A DNA stretch of 64,000 nucleotides, taken from assembly GCA_030704615.1 (NCBI GenBank), contig CM060734.1, forward strand, positions 16,368,001 through 16,432,000, read 5' to 3'. Source of the stretch: Takakia lepidozioides (taxonomy: Eukaryota; Plantae; Bryophyta). A program made the translations under genes and the position numbers. The notes under the pieces are model-generated. The model ran no database searches and was not told the origin of the DNA. It saw only the letters and a list, made by a program, of their open reading frames with translations. Position 1 is the first letter of the stretch. Each line of letters begins with the position of its first letter. Shown here piece after piece: positions 39,401 to 49,099 of this stretch.

Positions 39401-41243
39401 ACTCTCCCTTTCCTCTTTGCTTCTGTCTGCTGTTCAAAGGTAGGCTTCCTGCTCTGAGTTTAAATTTCAGTCTAGTGCCGAGAGTGGGTAGACCCTTGAG
39501 GTCATCCAAGATGTCCTCCCCCATGTCACTGACTGGAAACAAGTTCAGGGAAGTTTTCTGCCTAACTTCATTTTCATCAGACAATCTCATGGCAACAGAC
39601 ATGGCTTTGGACACTACAGCCTCTAAGTCAGATTTATCAACCCATATTGCAGATCCGTACTCCAAGGCAGGTCTAATAATGCGACAAATCATGGTTTTCT
39701 TAACCTCGGAGTTGACCCCTCTGCAGAAAAAGTTAAAAAGAGAGAGGGAAGATACTTTTTGTCATGTCAAGACAAGGACAGGACCCCCAGGGTCGTTGTC
39801 ATGAAAGAATAATCAGACATATCAGCCACTTACCAGTGGCACCATCCATCAATCATCAAGCTTAGAAAATCCATAATTACATCCATGCACAATAATGTGT
39901 TCATGTCAGTATTATTCATAACCCAAAGAGTATGCCACTGATGCTGATTGACCACCAGTCATGATCATGATACACATTCAGAGGTCTGGGTGGGATGGCG
40001 GGTACTTGGCCATATTTTGGCCTTGATGTATTGCGGGTCAAATGGTCATACAGATTTACTATCCGCAAGCTGTAATCCAAGCATACTTACTCAAACCCCA
40101 TGGGTGTCATGGAGGGTTTTTTTTCCAAAACAAAAAGAACAAGAAGAACACTTGGACATCACAGATTTAAATATCTTGCCCTGCTAGTATTTGTTTAGAC
40201 TGGTCTGCAGCACAGCTTGCCCCCACAGGGGAGGTGGATATGTCTGGTAAGTTTTCCAGAATACCCCTATACCTTTATTTCTTGCTACAGCTGAAAATCA
40301 AAGTTCGTGACCCAGCAAGGTAAAGATAAAGGACTGCATACACATCATGTGACAGTATATAATACTATCAGTACATCCTATTCACATCATTCCACATTTG
40401 ACCATGTCATTACACCATGTCCAGGGGGTATTTCCACTTGACCACCCTGGCTGCCTCAAAAACCAGTTACCAGTTATATATTGCTGTCATATTTCATTGT
40501 CAGCCGAATATCCACAGGCATAATCTTCACCATACCCTGCCCTAAGCATCTAGCTGACAAAGACATCCGGGTTGGAACATAACAGGAGCCAACATGGGTA
40601 CCCGAATAGCTGCAACAAACAATTCCTTGCAGCCTCTCAAATTGTTTCCAACTACCATAAGGTAAGCAAAGCAAACTAGGGCCTGGAAAATAGATGTGTG
40701 TCTCTCACACAAGCCATCATAAACCCGGCTGTCACAACAAAGTAGAGGTCTTCCATTGGCTGGGCCGAAAATAGCCCATCGTAGAAAGCATTACACTTGT
40801 TCTTCAAAATAAATGAAGGAAAGAGGTAGGAAGAAAAACCATAGAGTAGTTTAGTTTTTCAACATTTTAAGATACATCAGAATATTAAGTGGAAGCCCTC
40901 ACCTGTGTCCGTCCCAAAAACAACCACAACGCATTGTGAGTTAGTGAGGATGCATGAGGTGAGTAGCAGGCTTCCACACTTGCTATCGAGTTCAAATACA
41001 CTTCAATCTAAGCACAAAGAATGCCAAAGAAAGCAGGGAAGCAAAACAAACAGAAAAAAGAACCTTTTTTACTGTTTGGGGGAGAGTCGTCATCTCTCCA
41101 CAAGCCTAACCGTGCAGGGAGGACTCCGCCAGCACCACAGCACTGCTACCTTAACCAAAGCAAAGTCTTGCCAAGCACAAGAAAAAGAGCTTGATCTCAA
41201 AAGGTAGGGTTTATAAAGGGAGGGAGAGAGACTTCCTTGTTCT
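23822..41243. repeat. Tandem array of 8 x 2178 bp (LINE fragment plus inverted module A')
   Basis: The ORF track repeats with period 2178. There are exactly eight units with very few variants. Confidence 0.98.
24495..25990 (-). repeat. Module A', a diverged inverted homolog of module A (first of 8 copies)
   Basis: It shares three colinear blocks with A: the CT-tract/TATAAA/CCTTTTGAG start, an 89-nt central stem and a terminal double hairpin. The interiors look unrelated. Confidence 0.85.
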
Positions 41244-42043
41244 ACCAAGACGCCGCCATTCATCAAAGATCCAGAGGAGGGCTCCTAAAGAAACGTCATA
41301 ACATGCAGGTGGTACCTCCGCCATCACTGCCGTGGTTCCCTTGTGCAGCAAAAAAACAGACAACAGAGATAGTGAATCTTCCCTCATCTCTTAGCCACCG
41401 CCATCGCCTTAAAGAGCCCGCCTAGGCGGCGCTCACAGGAGCCATAAACACTCAAGGATTGGCAGCTCAAGGTATCTGCAGCACGAGCACCATCGCTCCT
41501 CCCAAGCCGCCATCGCGCGCGCTCTTGCAGCGCAAAAAGAAAGACATTAGGGTTGCGCAGGGTTTTCCCCTGTCTGGCCCGTCATTTATCCTGCTCAGGA
41601 TGAAAAACATCCGCCAGCCTATACGTCCGACGGACGTTGTCCGTTTCTCATTCGCGGAAGATGAAAGACATCGTGCGTTCATCCTGTCTTGAACTCGACA
41701 GATGCAGTCCGCTTTTCATCTAGGTTAGATGAAAAACATCGGGGGGTTTTTTTTTTTCTTTAAACTTTTTTATACTTGTCTTGCCCCGTATTTAGGTCTT
41801 GTCAGATGAAGTCATTTTTTCATCCAGGTTGGATTGAAAAAACTGACGGGAGTTTTGCAATCAGTATATTCCGGTTTGATGTTCGGATGAAGCAAAAAAC
41901 CTCACAGGTATTTAGAGAAGAAATGTTTCACTAGGAAAAAAATGTAATTTTGGATGAAAAACATCCAAAATTCCCTGTAACCTAATTTTTTCAATTTTTT
42001 CACAAATGGAAGTCGGGACAACAATTCCATAAACCTAGTTTCC

Positions 42044-42200
42044 AGAGGGAGAGAGTGGGAGAGAGAGAGAGGGCAACAAAGAAAAACAAAAAGGTGGGGG
42101 GGGGGGGGGGAGTGACTGAGCAGCTGCTACTCAGTCACTCCCACCCCCACCTTCCTCTTTTTCTTTTTGTTTCCTGATCTCTCCCTCTCACTCCCTCTAT
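42044..42200. repeat. Long palindrome H2
   Basis: Core GGGAGTGACTGAG-CAGCTGCTA-CTCAGTCACTCCC with imperfect purine/pyrimidine arms of ~70 bp. Confidence 0.9.
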
Positions 42201-44030
42201 CTGTCCCTCTCTCTCCCTCTCTCCCTCTCCCTCTATAACTCTTGGGATTTCATCTGGCCTTAACCTTTTGAGGTTATTTAGTTTTTCATCCCAGCCTTTT
42301 TCATCCAAATCTGGATGAATTTATTATAGGGTGATGAAACTTAATGTACAAAAAGCTGGATTTACCATCTATTTCTTTCATCTAAACTAGATAATCTACA
42401 TAAATAATGGTTACCTATTATAAAATCCAAGAGAATAATAAAACTACCATCATAAATGATGGCAGTTATTAAACCTAAGCCTATACCATAACCCTAAAAG
42501 ATACATTTCTATGGGATGTCGTCCATTGACAAAGTGCCTCTCTTGGTAAAATGTGATTTTTCATCCACCCTGGATGAAAAATCGGGAAGTTTTGCCCTGA
42601 GCAGGCCGACACACTTCACAGCACTGAACTCGTGCTTCAGTGAACTTTGATGATGCGCCGTATAAACCTGCTCCCCTGCTGCTACATGGTACTCGTGATG
42701 GCTGGCTCTTGGGATGCGCATTGGTGGTTAAACAGATTCTTCTCTGGCAGACGACAAAGCGGTGATCGCTTTGATCAGAAACTCATGGTTCTTTATTTTG
42801 CAGCGACGCTTTTACTCCTTGTTGGGAAGTACTCTATCCCTATTTATCTACAGATTACATGTTGCTCTCTCTTTGTGTATGAGCCATTCTCTATCTGTGA
42901 ACGCTTCTACTCTGATTGCGTTCTGTTGGAGACGATCTGTTGGACGCCATGGCGCAGGGCATACCACAAACACTCAAGGTTTTTTGAGTTTACCATTGCT
43001 TGAATTGTGATCTGTACTTGCTTTAGAATTCAACACTGACATGGATAGCAACTGTGAAGACCTGCCATTTACATGCTGCATCCTCACTAACACACATCGC
43101 TATGTGGTGGTTTTTGGGACGGGCACAGGTGGGGGTCTTCACTTGTCTTGATTTCTTGAAAGCTTGGAGCTCCTGTTCTTGCAAATGTGGATTCTGATGT
43201 TGCCTATGCTGCTGATGCCATCTACTGTTTCAAACTGCCACCATGCCGCTTCAGACCTGCTCCAAGATGGCTCCAATGAGGATATGCTTCTTTCCTTACC
43301 CCTGTTTCTGGTTTTTTACAACCACATTTGCATGTGTAGGAGTTAAGCTATGAAGGATACAAGGATACAAAATAGCAGTTATTACTCTGACTACCTTGAT
43401 ACTTGGCTCTGAAATGAAACTTCTTGGTATGACTCTGATGGATCAAAAGGATAGGCTTTGATAGATAACACACATTCTTCAAGGCCCTCATATCATTTTG
43501 GTTTCATGGCTTGATAACAAACAGGGGTTTCTGAGCTGCTCTTTCACCTTGGCAAAACTATTTTATGAGGCCTTAAAATACCAGGCCTATACCTGCTTAA
43601 GGGGGCTCTACCCTTTTGTTTCTTCTTCCTTTTTAAGAATCTTGCTTATATCTTGGTTCTAAAACATCATCTTCAAACCAAACTTGCAATCTGGTTTTTG
43701 AAATAAGTTTGAAATGAATTTTTGAGATGATGATGCATACTATGGTGCTTTCATGATATGAATGACCTGAAATCCCACCCTCCCGCCCTGTTTTTTCAGA
43801 GACCCTGAAATGTAATGGGGTATTCAAATGAGATTGTCAACATGAAAGGGAATGTTAGATGGTGCCCTGTAAAGGGCTGTTTTGTCTTTCAATGACAATG
43901 ACCTTAGCGGTCTTGTCCATGTCTTGACATGACATGTATATCTTCCCTCTCTTTTGTGCTGCTCACAAAAAAAAAAAAACCCACAGAGGGAAAGAGGGGG
44001 TAGAAAAAGTTAATAAGAGAGAGGGAGAGA
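42200..44030 (+). repeat. Non-coding module A, copy 3 (older, diverged)
   Basis: Colinear with copies 1 and 2, with scattered substitutions and small indels. Confidence 0.92.
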
Positions 44031-44097
44031 GAGGGAGAGAGAAGGAGAGGGAGAGAGGGGGCAACAATGAAAAAAAATGGGTTGGGGGGGGGAGGGA

Positions 44098-44720
44098 GGT
44101 CAGATGGTGGGGTCAGCTGCAGCATATGTCCAACACCAGATATCCTAAGTTAATCGACTCTATATCTTGGAAACAGGACCGCCCACCGACCTATCAAACA
44201 GGCTAAGTCCTGGCAGAAGACAGTAGAAGAGATTCTCAAGGATCTGGACCTGGAACCACAAGTCTTCACCCTGCTGGATAAATCTGACTTAGAGGCTATA
44301 ATGTCCAATCATGTCTGTTGCCATGAGATTGTCTGATGAAAATGAAGTTAGGCAAAAAACTTCCCTGAACTTGTTTCCAGTCAGTGACATGGGGGAGGAC
44401 ATCTTGGATGACCTCAAGGGTCTACCCACTCTCGGCACTAGACTGAAATTTAAACTCAGAGCAGGAAGCCTACCTTTGAACAGCAGACAGAAGCAGAGAG
44501 GAAAGGGAGAGTGCAATTGCCCGTTGTGTGGGCAATCTGAAGACAGTACTCATTTTCTAATACACTGTCCGGGGTTCTCTCACCAAAGAGACGCTCTCTT
44601 TCAAATCTATCAAGGGAATTGTGCATGTACCTCTGTTTACCAACTTTGAAAGTCTCAAGGCTGAGCCAAAAGCCCAGGCCCTCCTGAGGCCTAGTTATTG
44701 GGCAAATCACACACAACAGA
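44098..44720 (+). mobile_element. RTE-type LINE 3' fragment sitting between the two arms of palindrome H3
   Basis: VRWWGQLQHMSNTRYPK..SWQKTVEEILKDL..CPLC zinc finger. The left flank resembles the H left arm and 44729-44820 is the H right arm. Confidence 0.82.
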
Positions 44721-44858
44721 TTGAGACACAGTAGCTGCTGCTCAGTCACTCCCCCCCCCCCACCTTCTTTTCTTTTCTTTGTTGCCCCCTGATGTCTCCC
44801 TCTCACTCCCTCTCTTTGTCCCTCTCTCTCCCTCTCTTCTGTGCTGCTCTCTTTTAAG

Positions 44859-45300
44859 CTCCCGACGAGATAAATTCAAGGTCAGATGGTGGGTTCAGCT
44901 GCAACATATGTCCAACACCAGATATCCTAAGTTAATCGACTCTATATCTTGGAAACAGGACCGCCCTGTCAAACAGGGTAAGCCCTAGGAGAAGAGAGTA
45001 GAAGAGATTCTTAAGGATCTGAATCTGGACCCGCAAGTCTTGACCTTGCTGGATAAACCTGACTTAGAGAGTGTAGTGTCCAAAGCCATGTCTATTACCA
45101 GAAAATTGTCCGATGAAAATGAAGTTAGGAAGAAAACTTCCCTGAACCTGTTTCCAGTCTGTGACATGGGGGAGGACATCATGGATGCGCTCAAGGGTCT
45201 ATCCCACTCTTGGCACCAGACCTAAATTTAAACTCAGGGTAGGAAGACTACCTTTGAACAGTAAACAGAAGCAGAGAGGAAAGGGAGAGTGCAATTTCCC
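44859..45300 (+). mobile_element. Third, more diverged fragment of the same LINE family
   Basis: RRDKFKVRWWVQLQHMSNTRYPK..., truncated within the zinc finger. Confidence 0.82.
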
Positions 45301-45308
45301 TGACGTAC

Positions 45309-45431
45309 CTCTACTGTTGCGGCTGCTGGTGCTTGAAGCGAGCTGGCGCGGCGAGCTGCTGTCGCGGCTGCTAGCAGCTGCCAGCGGTGCGGGTCCCCAC
45401 CGCTGTAGGGCGTCTCTCCCCCGCTCACCAC
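45309..45431 (-). CDS. Upstream exon of CACTA ORF2 (5' boundary uncertain)
   Basis: It ends GAG|GTACGT (phase 0) and splices in frame to the CAG|GTG acceptor at 15741: AAATVE|VLAYGE. Confidence 0.6.
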
Positions 45432-45599
45432 GGCTCTCTCTCTCTTCAGCTCGTTAGGTCGCGCCTTTGCGCGGCGTTCCTACCACACAGGGGAGAGAGA
45501 CATCAGCCCGTGCTTAGGGCAAGAAAGCAAGACAGAAAATGAGGGAGGAGGCGGTGCTTACCTTGGGCGTTGGAGCGGCGTTGGGGCAAACTCCTTGGG

Positions 45600-46370
45600 G
45601 CTTTGCGACCACCTCGGGCTCAGCAGTAGGTGCGTTTCTCCTCCACCCTAAACCCCACTCTCTGAACTACCTCTCTCCCAAAGAACAAATGAAAACGAGA
45701 GGGGAAAGAGATGCTTCAAGCACTTAGGGAAAAAAAAAGGGCGCGCCTACGCCCCGCCCTTTTTTTGAAATGTAAAAATGATATTTGCGACGGCCGGCCC
45801 TCGTTGCTTGCGACCCCCGGCCCCATAAATTTAAAAAAAAACACGTCGCCCCCCGCCACGGCTGTCCGTCGCCGGGTGCGACCCCTAGGTAAAAAAAAGA
45901 AAAAAACCCGTCGTCAAATGCGACACGAGGGTGTCGCAGGAGGCGACGGCCGGCCTTTCTGGGTTTAGGGTTTAGGGCCTTTTGGATTTCTTAGTTTTTA
46001 TTTTATTTATTTATTTTTTCATATGGTACTGGGTTAGGGTGTTTGCTTTTCTTTATGGTGCTGGGTTTTGGATTGGCGGTTTTGGTTGTGGGTCTTGGGT
46101 TAAAAGGATAAACGGTGTAATTAGGATTCACATACCCAAAATGTGGTTCAATCTGATAATTGCAAAGCCCTGGGTCTCAACAAATTTTTCCATGGTGTGG
46201 GCATCCTGAAGATAGAACGAGAGGAAGGATTTATTGTCTTGGGCTCTAACACCATAGGGATGCTCCGCCTTTGGTTACCAATTTTGAAAGCCCCGAGGCT
46301 GAGGCATAGGTTTTTCTGCCAACGGTTTTTGAGAAATGAAAGTGTTGGTGGTGTGTGTTAATTAGGATGC
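45600..46370. promoter_or_regulatory. Putative bidirectional promoter region of the CACTA element
   Basis: It lies between divergent genes and contains an internal GCGAC/GTCGC cluster (45780-45950) and telo-box-like (TTTAGGG)2. Confidence 0.45.
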
Positions 46371-46371
46371 G

Positions 46372-47105
46372 ATGGTGAGGAAACATCGACCTGTCTCCCT
46401 CGAGGATGGGGAGGTAGTTCCACATATCGATTGTGGCCCTAGAGCGACCATTTTTCGTGGCGAGGAGCCACCCATTGCACCTGATCCAATACAGGCTGCC
46501 GGGCACAATCGTAGAAGGGACCGGGGCCAAATTTCAGGCGATGCGGAGGATATTGACACTCCGGGATCGAGTTGGGCGCGCCGCGGGTTGCCCCCTCGCG
46601 GGCCACCCCGTCCAACCACGTCCACCTTTGACCCCCCCCCCCCCCCCCGATAGGATTGAGTGTTGGTGCACTAAGTGTTGGGAACGGATACCGTCGGGTG
46701 GCACCAGACCACCGAGGCGGCGACCGCATGTTGTCGAAAAACATTATAAGAAGAACAAGATTGCGGATGCGGCAAAGGTGAGTGTTTTTCCCACCCCTCT
46801 CATTAACATTCATTTAAGGTACATTTAGGTTTATCTAATAATATAGTATGATTGGTAAGCATACATGAATCAAAATTACGACATAAGTATTGATGCGTCG
46901 TTCACTACACACATTGCAGCCACGACTTGATGCCCAAGCTCGCAATCACATTGCACAGGAGGCATTTCGCGCCGGTCTACTTGCAGAATTTGTGCCAAAG
47001 CATGTGCCCGATGTGACCAGTTGGTTCCCCCAGCAGCACGTAGATGAGATGCATAGGGTCGAGGGGTATCGTAGGTGTCGTAGGCGTTATGGCCTGCGAC
47101 GAGCA

Positions 47106-47143
<38 letters not shown>

Positions 47144-48025
47144 AGTTTCCTCAGGCGGTCCCCCTGATTGTGGCCTCCCCCCCCCCCCGTCTGTTTCTTT
47201 GCTTGATCCACCTCCGGTAGTACCTGATCCGGATGTTGTACCCCCGGCTGCACCTCCAACATTACATCCTCAACCACCTTCACTTTCATCTCCTCCGCCA
47301 GCAGTACCACCTCCACCTCCACCTCCACGTGCATGTGCCCCCCGAACCCCTAGGAGGGGTCGGCTTCGCCCTAGGTTTCCTCCCCTTCGGCTTGGCCAGC
47401 CTGAGCCGGATCCTCGCCCCCGATGGGAAGCGCATAGGACTATGTTACTCATGACCGTCTAGCCTCGTTGTTGGGGGAATCATCTCGACCCTCCCACCCC
47501 CATCCGAGAAAATGTGGAGTTCGAATATTGGGGGAGACGGTATGTGTGAGAGCCGCTACAGACCCTGCTATGGGTCGGGGTTTATTCACGGTCAATGATA
47601 TTGTGGTTCCTCCTCGGAGAAACAACATGGTGGACTTGTTTCCCTACTACGGTCCATACTACACCTCTGCGGAGTTCCGTACATTACGCCTCGAAGCCCC
47701 ATACATCCTACCCTACATTTTGTGTGTCGACGGACAGGATGTACGTAGACGGGGGTTGTCTCCCATTGAGATCAGATTTTGTGATGGTGACCCCGACATC
47801 TTCGGCAATGTTGCTGGGCTGGTCAATAGTTCTTTTGGTCATCCTAGGAGAACCAATGTAGTATGGGACGAGCGAAGCGATGGGCATGAGAGCTTTTGTG
47901 GTCATACGTCAGTATACTGTGAAGGGATGCACATGTTTGTGATGACATGTGCTAGTAGGACTATTAGGGCTGGCAGCGAACTGTTTGCATCATACGAGTT
48001 CTCCCGGGATGATTGGGACCTCTGA
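46372..48025 (+). CDS. CACTA-borne gene: CxCxxC..H motif, Pro-rich linker and SET domain (frameshifted)
   Basis: SET motifs in 47468-48025: MGRGLFT, PYYG, GNVAGLVNSS, ASRTIRAGSELFASY. The upstream exon has IECWCTKC..VEKH ending AAG|GTGAGT at ~46777, with an acceptor at ~46958. Confidence 0.78.
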
Positions 48026-49099
48026 TTACAGCGTGAGTGGGATGTGTATGATAGAAATAGGGTTCCTTTGAGACAGGGATCGCGTAGAGGGGCATTGTAG
48101 ATATTCTCATGATGTACTTTGTATACATCCGATTAATCGATTGATGTAAATTTTTTTCTTATTGTTCGTGTGGGTTGCAACTTTGCATATGTGATCTAAA
48201 CATACCTATGCACATGTGGACCAGATATGAGCTTGAACCAAGTTGAATCAATGGGTCATTCTAGTGTTGAACGCAGCTACGTGTCATAGAGACGGAAAAT
48301 TGTGTTTCGCCTGCAGATGATTTTTTTTTAATTCCATTTTCAAGCCATATGCTTGATGATAGCATATGCAATCTGCGTGCAAAATTTGGGAGTAAACAAA
48401 AGTCATTTGGACCCATAACCAGATTTTTGTTCTTTCATTTGTACTCCAAAGTTTTATTTTCTTCAACTTCATGCACTCTTCATAGAGAGTTCTGCAAAAG
48501 TGACCCTAGAAACACACTTATTTTTTTTCCATTTTTTTTTTGTCCCATTTTTTGCATGGGTGTAGTGGTGCAAAGCCCGATGTCACCAAACAAAATAGAG
48601 CTAAAAATAAAATCATTACGCCCCTCAAAACCGCAATCATATATTTTTTAAATGCAAATATTTATTTTAAATTCATTTAAATTCGATTTAACTCAAAATT
48701 GGTGCAAGGGTGAGTGCGTCGTTGGGGAGGCAATTTTTTTTAAAAAATTAATTTTTAATTTTTAATTTTTAATTTTTTTCTGCTGTATCTTTGTATAGGT
48801 GTTGCACACATATTTAAGCACATGTAGGAAAAAATGAAGCTTGAGCCACATCCGTTTGTTGGGTGCAATGGCATGAGAGGATTTTCTTTCACATTAATAA
48901 ACAAAAATTGGTTGATAGGGTGAATGCGTCATTGGGGGGGCAAATGATTTTGTTTGGGTTTGAAACTTTGCATGCGTGTACGTTGCACACATACATGTAA
49001 TTATTGAATGACATATTTGATGCACACACACATTGAAGGTTGTTGTTTGCATTTCGCTTATAATGAAGTTGCAAGGACATATTATAATATATGTCCCTA

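Noticed and set aside
23822-41243. Array as CRISPR, rDNA or a tandem gene family
   Set aside because: There are no spacers and no rRNA similarity. The only credible coding content is a deleted LINE C-terminus.
45961-45977. (TTTAGGG)2 as an interstitial telomere
   Set aside because: It is too short and is better explained as a promoter telo-box.
46890-47462. Pro-rich ORF as an extensin/formin host gene
   Set aside because: It lies inside the CACTA as a linker to the SET domain, and part of it is poly-C runs.
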